DNA of 42,219 nucleotides. Source: Actinobacteria bacterium RBG_16_68_21 (GTDB lineage: Bacteria > Actinomycetota > Acidimicrobiia > Spongiisociales > UBA11373). The first letter of the stretch is position 1; each line of letters starts with the position of its first letter. Of the stretch, positions 1 to 8,362 are shown piece by piece. The notes below the pieces were generated by a model. The model saw only the letters and a program-made list of their open reading frames with translations. It made no database searches and was not told the origin of the DNA. The stretch lies in the NCBI GenBank assembly GCA_001767695.1, contig MELR01000016.1:18680-60898 (forward strand), in the 5' to 3' direction. Both the position numbers and the translations under genes were made by a program.

Positions 1-885
1 GGCGGCATGCCCGTTGTGGCCGGGAGCGATCGAAGGAGCGCCGGGCACCGATGCCCCGGTCACGGTCCACTCCGGGGTCTGCAGGCGGGCCAGGTACCAG
101 TGGGGAGGCATCAATGGGGCGAGGTGGGGGTCGTTGGCCACCATGGGGCGACCGGAGGCGGTCCGGCTACCGGCGAGCGCCCAGTTGTTCGACCCCCCGC
201 CCGGTGAGAGCAGCCCGGATGCGGCGGCGAGGTCGCCGGCGAGCGCGTCGATGGTCCGTCCCGCGGCCTGCCCGGGGCGGTCGGAGACCGGTTGATCGGC
301 CGGGTAGGGAGGGTGGAGGGCGGCCACCGCTTCGGGACCGTCGAGGACGAGCATGCGGAGCCGGGCAAGCTCGATGTCCCAGTTCGAAGCGAGGGCGAAC
401 GCCTGGAAGGCGAGGAACCCGAGAGCATCCGCCGCTTCGAAGGGGGTGGGGTGGCTGCGGAGGAGGACGAACTCATGCGCCCGGGCTCCGCCTCCCCGGT
501 CGACACCGGCGCGCACCCCGGCGGCGAACGCCTCGAAGCAGGTGCGGTGGTCGGGGGAGAGGTGGGCGAGCGACCTCGTCCCATGGCGATGGAAGGCGAT
601 GCGCCTGCTCAACTCGTCGATCTTCAGGCCGTCGGGGCCGATGAGGGCGGCGAGGGTGCCCCTTACCACCCGCACCCGGGTCTCCAACTGGAACGCCCGG
701 TCCTGACCCTGGCAGAAGCCGAGACCGAACCAGGCATCGGCGTCGGATGAGGCTGCGATGTGGGGCACACCGAATCGATCCCGGCGAATCGTGATCTCCG
801 ACCGCGGTCCCGCAACGGTGATCGTCCCGTCGTAGGGGGGCAGCCTGGTGCCGAGGGTCCGCAGCAGGGTTCGCGGCAGGTTCAT
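1..885 (-). CDS. Penicillin acylase family (Ntn-hydrolase) protein, 3' end truncated by window edge
   Basis: Not in the ORF track (no stop in window). Manual translation from ATG 885: MNLPRTLLRTLG...ITIRRDRFGVPHI...GFCQGQDRAFQLE...GGGSNNWALAGSRTASGRPMVANDPHL...WYLARL. These are typical family motifs, including the catalytic Ser of SNNW. Confidence 0.9.
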   Translation of the reverse strand, partial: MNLPRTLLRTLGTRLPPYDGTITVAGPRSEITIRRDRFGVPHIAASSDADAWFGLGFCQGQDRAFQLETRVRVVRGTLAALIGPDGLKIDELSRRIAFHRHGTRSLAHLSPDHRTCFEAFAAGVRAGVDRGGGARAHEFVLLRSHPTPFEAADALGFLAFQAFALASNWDIELARLRMLVLDGPEAVAALHPPYPADQPVSDRPGQAAGRTIDALAGDLAAASGLLSPGGGSNNWALAGSRTASGRPMVANDPHLAPLMPPHWYLARLQTPEWTVTGASVPGAPSIAPGHNGHAA

Positions 886-905
886 ACGGGCGATGCTACG
901 TCCGC

Positions 906-1268
906 TCAAACGGCACGCCACGGCCATGGCCGGGAGCGCAGCTCGATCCGGGCTTCGATCTGGTCCGGCGACACCGGTCCGAATGTGCGGCTATCCACGC
1001 TCCCTGCGGCGGGATTGTCGCCGAGCACCCACAGTCCTGTCGTGCCCGCCGGCGGCGCAACCACCCGCTTGACGACATCGAACCCGGGCCGCAACCGGAA
1101 CACGACCACATTCCCCGGCCGCACCTCTCGCGGGCGGCGCGTCGCCAGCACCCGATCTCCCGGTCGCAGGCTTGGCGCCATGCTCTCCTCGGCGATCTCG
1201 TATCGGCGGAGGCGGAAGGTGAGCGTGGCGACGACCACTCTGATAAGTGCCCGCCAGGTACGCGACAC
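906..1268 (-). CDS. sodX: Nickel superoxide dismutase maturation protease (S26 signal-peptidase-like)
   Basis: C-terminal part of ORF 906..1613: EESMAPSLRPGD (catalytic Ser), VVKRV (Lys), WVLGDN...SVDSRTFGPV. Divergent from sodN. GTG 1268 start is approximate. Confidence 0.85.
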   Translation of the reverse strand: MSRTWRALIRVVVATLTFRLRRYEIAEESMAPSLRPGDRVLATRRPREVRPGNVVVFRLRPGFDVVKRVVAPPAGTTGLWVLGDNPAAGSVDSRTFGPVSPDQIEARIELRSRPWPWRAV

Positions 1269-1352
1269 GCTGGTCGCAGAGGCCTCCGGCTTGGAATGGG
1301 GGCGAGTGTAGGGTGAGCTCTGAGGCGCCAGGAGATGACAGGAGGACGATCG

Positions 1353-1739
1353 ATGGTGTTTCCCAGGCCGCGACGCGTGGCCCACGCCCATTGCGATTTG
1401 ATGTGTGGCGTGTATGACCCGGCCCAGGCACGGATCGAAGCCGAGTCGGTGAAGGCGATCGCGCAGAAGTATCAGGATTCGACGGACGAGGTGTTCCGGC
1501 AGCGCTGTGTGATCATCAAGGAGCAGCGGGCGGAGATGGTCAAGCACCACCTGTGGGTGCTGTGGACCGACTACTTCAAGCCCCCGCACGTCGAGAAGTT
1601 CCCCCAGCTCCACGATCTCTTCTGGCGGGCCGCCAAGAAGGCGGGTGACGCCAAGAAGTCGATGGATCCCGCGGTGGGTGACGAGCTGCTGGCTCTGATC
1701 GCCGAGATCACCGAAATCTTCCAGGCGACCAAGAGTTAG
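1353..1739 (+). CDS. sodN: Nickel-dependent superoxide dismutase precursor
   Basis: Short propeptide, then Ni-hook HCDLMCGVYDPAQARIEAES and KHHLWVLWTDYFKPPH. AGGAGG at 1340-1345 precedes ATG 1353. Confidence 0.95.
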   Translation: MVFPRPRRVAHAHCDLMCGVYDPAQARIEAESVKAIAQKYQDSTDEVFRQRCVIIKEQRAEMVKHHLWVLWTDYFKPPHVEKFPQLHDLFWRAAKKAGDAKKSMDPAVGDELLALIAEITEIFQATKS

Positions 1740-1792
1740 CCGAGCTCGCCGGCACAGCCGACAGACCGTGGCTCGAGCCGGCTCGCTAGAGT

Positions 1793-1890
1793 CGGCAGGT
1801 CTGGGGCGTACACCACAGACCTAGCCGTATTGGCGGAGTAACCGGGGCAACCCGAAAGAGAGAGCGGCGTTCTGGCGCCGTTCTCTCGCG
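1793..1890 (+). ncRNA. Candidate structured small RNA or extended structured sodN 3' UTR (family not recognised)
   Basis: TAGAGT -10-like hexamer at 1787-1792, then three hairpins: cggc-aggtctg...cagacct-a-gccg (~1793-1827), cggg-GCAA-cccg (GNRA loop), and a 12-bp gagagagcggcg/cgccgttctctc stem. Confidence 0.35.
1854..1887 (-). terminator. Probable intrinsic terminator between convergent sodN and murJ (possibly bidirectional)
   Basis: Near-perfect 12-bp inverted repeat GAGAGAGCGGCG-N6-CGCCGTTCTCTC. On the minus strand it is followed by TTTCGGGTT. Confidence 0.55.
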
Positions 1891-1905
1891 TCGGGGACCG
1901 TGGCG

Positions 1906-3450
1906 TCAGGTGCGCCGCAGGTCGCGGCGGAGGGCGGGGAGTCCGAGCGTGACGGCCACCACGACGAGGCCTCCGAACACCACCGCCGCCGCGTTGGCGA
2001 TGAATCCCTCGGCTCCGAGGAGCTCCACGAGCAGCCGCGCACTGCCCCAGCCCAACGCGCCGCCCACGGCGGCGAGCGGCAGCGTGAGGCCGGCGGTGCG
2101 GGCCACCGGGCGCAGCTCGGCGGCGTCGGTGCGGCGGTACCAGGCAACGGCGAGCACCGCGGTGTACAGGGTGATCGAGACGCTCGACGCCAGGGCCAGG
2201 CCATCGACCCCGAGCGCTCGATTGAGGGCCCAGTAGATGGGGACGGCGGCGGCGGTGGTGAGGGTGCCGGCGACCACCGGCGTCCACATCTCCTCGCGGG
2301 CGTAGAAGCCCCTGGCGAGGATCTGCTGGATCCCCCACATCGGCACGCCGAGTGCGAACAGGATCACGGTGCCGGCAGTCATGATCGTGTCGGCCGCGTC
2401 GAATGAGCCGCGCTCGTAGAGGGTCCGCACGATCGGAATGGCGAGCGCGATCAGTCCGGCGGCCGCGGCGAGGCTGAAGGCGATCACGTAACGGATCGCT
2501 CTCCCCACGGCGCGAGCCATCTCGACATGCTTGCCCTCGGCCGCCAGGCGAGCGAGGAACGGATAGGCCGCCACTCCGGCGGCCTGGGCGATGACCCCGA
2601 CGGGTACCAGCATCGTCTGGCGTCCGAAGGTGAGCCAGGAGACCCCGCCGTTCTCGTGGAGGGATCCGAAGGTCCGTCCCAGCTGCTCGTCGAGGACCAC
2701 GAGCGATTGTCCGAGCATCAGCGGGATGGCGAGCGCGAAGTAGCGACGGACCGCGGGATGGCGCCGGATCGGCGCCGTGGGAAGGTGCAGCCCCTGGCGG
2801 TGGGCTCCCCACCACTGGAGGACGAAGATCCCGAGGAAGGCTCCACAGAGCGCTCCCCAGGCGAAGCCTTCGGCGCTCGGGTTGGAGCGGCCCAGACCAC
2901 CGATCAGGCCACCGACGATGATTCCCACGTTGTAGACGATCGGGCCCAGGGTGGGGATGAGGAACTTCTCCCGGGAGAACTGCCATGCGGTGAACAGCTG
3001 ACCGAGGATGAAGAACACCTGGGCGGGGAGCACGATCCGAGTCAGGCGGGCGGCGTTGGCCACCTGCGCATCCGTGAATCCCGGCTCGACAGCCCGGAGC
3101 ACCGATCCCACGAACGGCATGGCGATCAGCACGAGCGCGGTTATTCCGATAGCGAGCGGCCTCGTCACTGCCCAGAAGGCGCGACGGGCATCGTCCTCGT
3201 CGCCGGCGGCAAACCGCCGCGTCAGGATCGGAATGAGGGTGATCGCCATGTAGGCGCCGGCGAGCAGATAGTTGAGGAGGTCGGGGATCAGGAACGCCAC
3301 GAAGTACTCGTCACCGGTGGCCCCCGCCCCGAGGAGCCAGGCGAAGATGATCTGGCGGACCAGGCCGAGGATGCGGGAGGCGAGCACTCCTCCGGCCACG
3401 ATCGCCGCGGCGGTGCCCATACGCCGGTAGAGGGAATGGCCGTCACTCAT
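1906..3450 (-). CDS. murJ: Lipid II flippase MurJ (MviN)
   Basis: SRILGLVRQIIFAWLLGAG...AFLIPDLL, LYERGSFDAADT, RGFYAREEMWTP and many TM segments. ATG 3450 lies 7 nt after TACCTT. Confidence 0.92.
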   Translation of the reverse strand: MSDGHSLYRRMGTAAAIVAGGVLASRILGLVRQIIFAWLLGAGATGDEYFVAFLIPDLLNYLLAGAYMAITLIPILTRRFAAGDEDDARRAFWAVTRPLAIGITALVLIAMPFVGSVLRAVEPGFTDAQVANAARLTRIVLPAQVFFILGQLFTAWQFSREKFLIPTLGPIVYNVGIIVGGLIGGLGRSNPSAEGFAWGALCGAFLGIFVLQWWGAHRQGLHLPTAPIRRHPAVRRYFALAIPLMLGQSLVVLDEQLGRTFGSLHENGGVSWLTFGRQTMLVPVGVIAQAAGVAAYPFLARLAAEGKHVEMARAVGRAIRYVIAFSLAAAAGLIALAIPIVRTLYERGSFDAADTIMTAGTVILFALGVPMWGIQQILARGFYAREEMWTPVVAGTLTTAAAVPIYWALNRALGVDGLALASSVSITLYTAVLAVAWYRRTDAAELRPVARTAGLTLPLAAVGGALGWGSARLLVELLGAEGFIANAAAVVFGGLVVVAVTLGLPALRRDLRRT

Positions 3451-3500
3451 CGCCGCCAAGGTAACGCGATCACCTGGGCAGGCCGGTGATGCTCAATCGA

Positions 3501-3592
3501 GGCAATTGGCAATTCGTAACTCGCAATGCGCAATGCGCAATGCGCAATTGGGGTTGCCGAGGCGCGATCCAGTCTGGCGTCTGGCGTCTACT
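3501..3592. repeat. Two heptamer tandem repeat arrays (cgcaatg-like x7; gtctggc-like x3)
   Basis: ggcaatt ggcaatt cgtaact cgcaatg cgcaatg cgcaatg cgcaatt (3501-3549) and gtctggc gtctggc gtctact (3572-3592). Confidence 0.85.
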
Positions 3593-4340
3593 CGCTCACC
3601 GCGTCGCGGCGACGCAGCAGCGAGGCCAGGGCCGTCACCGTCAGTGCGGCGATCACGACGACCTTGGCGACGGCGCCCCAGGTCCCCGGGTCGAGGCTGC
3701 CCATCACGTCGCCGAGTTGGCGGAGTGACTCCGGGACCATGGCGGTGTAGGCGGTGATCCCGATGCGAAACAGGGAGACGTTGGCGAGCCCGGGGGCGGC
3801 GAACGTGATGCTCGACTCCCAGATGAACACGTAGACCAGGCCGATGAGCACGGCGCGTGATGTCAGGTGGCCGAGAAGCAGGAACACCGCGGTGTACGCC
3901 ATCGTGGAGATCGCCACCCCGATGATCACCGGGAGGAGGGGGCTGTAGTCGCCGGAGCGAACCCCGAGTGCCACCACGGCGACGACGCCCGAGCCGACCA
4001 CGATCGCGGTCGCCGCCAGCCACGAAGCCACCAGCTTGGCGCCGACGATCGACGACCGGGGAATCGGCCGGAGCAGCAGGAACGACAGCGTCCCGTCGCG
4101 CCGCTCGTCACCCATTGCCCCCGATCCGATGACCAGGGAGCAGATGGGCAGCACCATGAGGAACAAGATGGCAAACGGAGCATCGTGGAACTGATTCATC
4201 GCGGCGCGAGCGGTCAGGTTCCGCGAGGAGAGCCACATGACCAGCGCCGGGATCAGCCCCACCAGCCCGAGCGCCAGGATCCGCTTCCCCCCGAGCGCCT
4301 GCCGGAGGCTGACCCGCACGATGGCGAGCACGGCTCTCAT
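3588..4340 (-). CDS. ABC-2 type transporter permease
   Basis: About 6 TM segments and the motif GAMGDERRDGTLSFLLLRPIPRSSIVGAK. ATGA overlap with the upstream ATPase. Confidence 0.88.
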   Translation of the reverse strand: MRAVLAIVRVSLRQALGGKRILALGLVGLIPALVMWLSSRNLTARAAMNQFHDAPFAILFLMVLPICSLVIGSGAMGDERRDGTLSFLLLRPIPRSSIVGAKLVASWLAATAIVVGSGVVAVVALGVRSGDYSPLLPVIIGVAISTMAYTAVFLLLGHLTSRAVLIGLVYVFIWESSITFAAPGLANVSLFRIGITAYTAMVPESLRQLGDVMGSLDPGTWGAVAKVVVIAALTVTALASLLRRRDAVSE

Positions 4341-5272
4341 CGCCGGCGCACCAGATAGCGGAACACGCTCTCCAGCGACTCGTCCTCCGGCTCGAACCCG
4401 GCGAGCCTGCTGTCGAGGTCGCGGGCGATCCGCGGCACCGTGACTCCCAGGGCACCGAGGTCGGAGGTCTCCACATGGAGCACCGCCCCGGTCACCGTCA
4501 CCGACGACACGACGTCGGTCTCCATCAGCATCGCGGCCATACGGCGCCCTTCGCCGGTTTCGATGCGAACCCGGTAGGGGATGTCGGCCATGGCCCTACG
4601 GATGGCGGTGATGTCGCCGGCCGCGGCCAGGCGCCCATCCACAACCGCCAGGACGCGGTCGGCCATCCGTTCCACCTCGGCGAGCACATGGGAGGAGACG
4701 ATCACCGTCTTCCCGGACGCCCCCAAACCGCGGAAGAGATCGATGAGGTGCGCCCGCTGCAGGGGATCGGTGCCGTTGAGCGGCTCATCGAGCACGAGCA
4801 CGTCGGGAGTCGTCACCAGCGCAGCCGCCACCTTGGCGCGCTGGCGCATGCCCTTGCTGTAGCCGGAGATGGGGCGGTCGGCCGCGGCCTGGAGGTCGAC
4901 CGAGGTGATGGCGCCATCCACCGCGGACCTGGGCGCTCCCGCCAGATCGGCCGCATAGCGGACGAAGTCCCGTCCGGTGAGGAACGGGTAGACCGCGTCC
5001 TCCTCGGGGACCAGCACAGTCTTGGCGTACACCGAGGGGTCGCGGCGGGGATCGGCCCCGAGGACGCGGACACTCCCGTCGGACGGCCGCAGCAGCCCGC
5101 AGATCATCCGTAACAGCGTGGTCTTTCCGGCACCGTTTGGGCCGAGGAGGCCGGTGATTCCGCGCCCGAACGAGCACGAGATGTCGGATACCGCGACCTT
5201 CTGACCGAACCATTTGGAGACGGACTCCACCTCGATGATCGGATCGGCGACGATCGCGGGCGACGAGGTCAT
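4337..5272 (-). CDS. ABC transporter ATP-binding protein
   Basis: Walker A GPNGAGKTT, signature YSKGMRQR, Walker B VLVLDEP, SSH. Start MTSSPAIV at 5272 overlaps the permease stop. Confidence 0.93.
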   Translation of the reverse strand: MTSSPAIVADPIIEVESVSKWFGQKVAVSDISCSFGRGITGLLGPNGAGKTTLLRMICGLLRPSDGSVRVLGADPRRDPSVYAKTVLVPEEDAVYPFLTGRDFVRYAADLAGAPRSAVDGAITSVDLQAAADRPISGYSKGMRQRAKVAAALVTTPDVLVLDEPLNGTDPLQRAHLIDLFRGLGASGKTVIVSSHVLAEVERMADRVLAVVDGRLAAAGDITAIRRAMADIPYRVRIETGEGRRMAAMLMETDVVSSVTVTGAVLHVETSDLGALGVTVPRIARDLDSRLAGFEPEDESLESVFRYLVRRR

Positions 5273-6132
5273 GAAGCCTTCTTCTGTCGGACGACGAGCA
5301 ACAGCCCGAACAACGCCGCGAGGGTGAGGATCACGACCAGCGAGACCACGGGCTCGTAGCCGGCCTGCTCCGGAATCCAGGTGCGCGCGCTGTCGCCGAG
5401 GATCCAGTCCTTGACGTATCCGGGCTGCTGGTTCAAGGCCAGGAGCCCGGTGGCGTTGAACCCGGCGTCGACCAGGGCGGCTGCGGCCCCACCCGACACG
5501 ATCGTGACGCCGAGGAAGAGCACTGAAGCAAGCGACCCGCGCTTGGCGGTCGAGGCGATCAGCAGCGCGAGTGGGGCGAACGCCAAGAAGTACACGAACG
5601 AGGCCAGCAACGTCTGCCATAGGGTCGGCCAGTTGTCGGCGACGTACGACCCGAAGCCGGCGACCCAGGCGCGACCGAGGAACAACACGAGATGAGGGAG
5701 CCACAGGAAGCCGACCACCACCGTGGCGAGGGACAGGGTGCGTCCGACCAGGTAGTCGATCGTGGTCAGTGGTCGGGAGGCATACACCGCCAGCGTGCCG
5801 CTCACCCGGTCGGGGATGAGCAGTTCCCCGGCGGCGAGTGCAATGAAGATCAGGGCCATCACCCCGGTGAGCTCGAAGTACTGGGAGTGTCCGAAGAAGG
5901 TCAGTTCGGTGTCGAATTGGCCGGCGACCACACCGATGGCGACGAAGAACAAGGCGGGCATGACCGCGATCGACATGAGGACGATCGGAAAGACCTTGCG
6001 ACGCATCCGGCGCCGCAGGCCGAGAACCCGCCTCAACCCGTCGCGATACAGCGCCCAACGCGCTCCGCCCCGGCCCAACCGTGGCCCCTCATGGGGGCGA
6101 TACCCGAGATCGAAGACGACGCCCTCAGCCAC
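5269..6132 (-). CDS. ABC-2 type transporter permease
   Basis: Multi-TM protein with LLIPDRVSGTLAVYASRPLTTIDYLVGR. GTG 6132 overlaps the ATPase stop. Confidence 0.85.
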   Translation of the reverse strand: MAEGVVFDLGYRPHEGPRLGRGGARWALYRDGLRRVLGLRRRMRRKVFPIVLMSIAVMPALFFVAIGVVAGQFDTELTFFGHSQYFELTGVMALIFIALAAGELLIPDRVSGTLAVYASRPLTTIDYLVGRTLSLATVVVGFLWLPHLVLFLGRAWVAGFGSYVADNWPTLWQTLLASFVYFLAFAPLALLIASTAKRGSLASVLFLGVTIVSGGAAAALVDAGFNATGLLALNQQPGYVKDWILGDSARTWIPEQAGYEPVVSLVVILTLAALFGLLLVVRQKKAS

Positions 6133-7036
6133 CTTGGTCCTCTCCCATGAACACGTCCTCCAGGGTGGTGCGTCTCGCCCCCAACCTCCTGAGGGCGGCC
6201 CCGGTCTCGGCGAGAGCGTCGCGGGCGGCGACGAACGGGTCGCCTCCCTCCAACTTGAGCCGAACCTCGGCTCCGCTGACCTCGACCGATCCACCGCGGC
6301 GCCGCAGCGCCTCCACGACCGGCGTGGGATCGCCGATTATCTCTAATTCGAGTTCGTCCGTGGTGGACAGGTCGGTCATCGGACCGGAGCGGAGGACGTG
6401 ACCACCGTCGAGCATCACCACCCAATCGCAGGTTCGCTCGATGTCGGTGAGCACGTGTGAGGAAATGATCGCGTTGATCCCGAAACCCTCGAGGCGGACG
6501 ATGAGGTCCAGCATCTCCTCCCGGCCCTCGGGATCGAGTCCGGCGGTCGGTTCGTCGAGCAACACGAGCTGCGGGTCGTGGACGATCGCCTGGGCGAGTT
6601 TCGCCCGTTGTTTCATCCCGGTGGAGAATTCCCCGATGTAGCGGAATCTCTCTTCATGCAGCCCGACCAGGCCGAGGACGTCGCTGGCGTGTTGGCGCGC
6701 CGCCCTCGTCGGCAGTCCGCCCAGCTCGGCGGCATAGATGAGGAAGTCGGCGGCCGTCTGATCCGGGGGAAGGCAGTCACCCTCGGGCATCCACCCGACC
6801 TTCGACCGGATGTCGAGCAGCCCGGTGGCCACATTGGTCCCAAGGACCTCGACCGACCCGCTGGCGGCGGGGAGGACCCCGAGGAGGATCTTGAGCAGCG
6901 TGGTCTTCCCGGCGCCGTTGGCGCCCACCAACCCGATACGGCCTGCGGGCACCACGATCGAGATGCCGTCGATTGCCACGATCTCGCCGTAGGCGAATCG
7001 CAGCCCGGTGACGACAACGACGGGGGTGGCGTCCAT
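6125..7036 (-). CDS. ABC transporter ATP-binding protein
   Basis: GANGAGKTT, FSTGMKQR, LVLLDEPTAGLDP, SSH. Confidence 0.93.
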   Translation of the reverse strand: MDATPVVVVTGLRFAYGEIVAIDGISIVVPAGRIGLVGANGAGKTTLLKILLGVLPAASGSVEVLGTNVATGLLDIRSKVGWMPEGDCLPPDQTAADFLIYAAELGGLPTRAARQHASDVLGLVGLHEERFRYIGEFSTGMKQRAKLAQAIVHDPQLVLLDEPTAGLDPEGREEMLDLIVRLEGFGINAIISSHVLTDIERTCDWVVMLDGGHVLRSGPMTDLSTTDELELEIIGDPTPVVEALRRRGGSVEVSGAEVRLKLEGGDPFVAARDALAETGAALRRLGARRTTLEDVFMGEDQGG

Positions 7037-7046
7037 TGGAAGGGGA

Positions 7047-7088
7047 CGTTACCCGTCGCCCGTCGCCCGTCGCCCGTTACCCGTCGCC
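7047..7088. repeat. Heptamer tandem repeat (cgtcgcc/cgttacc x6)
   Basis: cgttacc cgtcgcc cgtcgcc cgtcgcc cgttacc cgtcgcc. Overlaps the 3' end of the HTH gene and the ABC promoter region. Confidence 0.85.
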
Positions 7089-7690
7089 GTCGTCGGCGAT
7101 CTTCGCCACCACCCTCGGATCCTGCCCGTCCGGCGGCTCGGAGACGGGCTCGGCGCTGCAATCGACGCCTCCGGACCATCCACCCGCTCCTTGAGCTGGT
7201 CGCGCTCGGCGCGGATCTCGCCGAGTCGTTCCCTGAGGAACGCGGCCTCGGTCTCGGCCTTGGCGGCGCGTTCCCGGGCCTCGGCGAGACGCAGGCCGGC
7301 GTCGTGGAGGTTGCCCAGCTGGTCCATGAGTCGGTCCCAGGCGTCCCGGGGCACGAGCATCGCCGTGCCGTCGGACGTCGGTCCGGTGGCCCCGGGGCGT
7401 GCCCCCGCCGGCTCATGGGTGGTGCGGGCGAGTCGGTGGGCGATCGACTCGGGAGTCACCATCCACCGGCGACCACGAGCCCCCTGGGCCATCACGGCGT
7501 CGATGAGCCCTTTGCGTGCCCATCCTCCCAGGGTGGCGACGGTGACGCCGAAGCGGTGCTCGGCCTCTCGCAGCGGGATTCGTCCCCCGATCGGGGCCGC
7601 CTCATCGGTCGCCGTCGCATCGGCGCGCGGCCCCCGGCGCAAAGGCGCCTCTGGTCTCTTGTCCCAGATGAGGGCGGAATCGTCTGCCAG
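7049..7690 (-). CDS. MerR/excisionase-like HTH + coiled-coil protein of unknown function
   Basis: IPLREAEHRFGVTVATLGGWARKGLIDAV...GRRWMV (wHTH-like), heptad-rich LAEARERAAKAETEAAFLRERLGEIRAERDQL, C-terminal RIRGWWRR. Start is uncertain: TTG 7642, or in-frame CTG 7690 with a strong SD. Confidence 0.7.
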   Translation of the reverse strand: MADDSALIWDKRPEAPLRRGPRADATATDEAAPIGGRIPLREAEHRFGVTVATLGGWARKGLIDAVMAQGARGRRWMVTPESIAHRLARTTHEPAGARPGATGPTSDGTAMLVPRDAWDRLMDQLGNLHDAGLRLAEARERAAKAETEAAFLRERLGEIRAERDQLKERVDGPEASIAAPSPSPSRRTGRIRGWWRRSPTTATGNGRRATGDG

Positions 7691-7762
7691 GATCGTCCCT
7701 TTCCTTGTCCGTATTCAGGTTAGGCCGGGGCAGGGGGGCCCTTTCGTGGAATAATCCACGGC

Positions 7763-8362
7763 GTGGCCCGTCGCGACCTCCCAACCGAAGACGCCGTGCG
7801 CGCATTGGTGACCCGAGTGGTCGACGCCGTGGCCGTCCCGACGGCCGCTCCCCCGGCGCCTGAGGAGGCGGCCCGACCGGCGCAACCGGGGGGAGAAGGG
7901 GCGATCGCCATCGGCGCCGACCACGGCGGATTCCGGCTGAAAGAGCGGATCGGTTTCCGGCTGCGCGAGTCGGGCCGGGTGGTGGTCGATTGCGGCACCG
8001 ATTCGACGGAAGCCGTCGACTACCCGGACTTCGCCCTGGCCGTCGCCGAGAAGGTGGCCTCGGGGGAATGTTCCACCGGGATCGTCATCGACGGCGCCGG
8101 AATCGGGTCCTCCATGGTCGCCAACAAGGTGCCGGGGGTGAGGGCCGCCCTGTGCTACGACCTCTCGTCGGCTCGCAACAGCCGGGAGCACAACCATGCC
8201 AATGTGCTCACGCTGGGCGCCGGGCTCATCGGTGAAGCGCTGGCGTGGCAGATCGTCGAGGAGTGGCTGGCGACACCCTGGGCCGGGGGCCGCCATGCCG
8301 CTCGCGTTGCCAAGATCGATGCGATCGATCGCCGCCACTCTCATCTCGGGGAGGCGATGTGA
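7763..8362 (+). CDS. rpiB: RpiB/LacAB-family sugar-phosphate isomerase with N-terminal encapsulation peptide (BMC cargo)
   Basis: [43 protein letters not shown]-terminal helix [16 protein letters not shown] plus a Pro/Ala linker. Confidence 0.9.
   Translation: MARRDLPTEDAVRALVTRVVDAVAVPTAAPPAPEEAARPAQPGGEGAIAIGADHGGFRLKERIGFRLRESGRVVVDCGTDSTEAVDYPDFALAVAEKVASGECSTGIVIDGAGIGSSMVANKVPGVRAALCYDLSSARNSREHNHANVLTLGAGLIGEALAWQIVEEWLATPWAGGRHAARVAKIDAIDRRHSHLGEAM

Noticed and set aside
1870-1879. TTCTGGCGCC could pair with GGCGCCAGGA in the sodN leader (1324-1333)
   Set aside because: Only 10 bp with a G-U pair, built on a palindromic GC hexamer that is frequent in this DNA, and partly buried in the terminal stem. 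Likely chance.
3501-3592. Repeats considered as a CRISPR array
   Set aside because: 7-nt tandem units without unique spacers, and no cas genes in the window.
3588-7036. ABC system as the importer for the BMC substrate
   Set aside because: ABC-2 exporter-type layout (two ATPases, two permeases) with no solute-binding protein.
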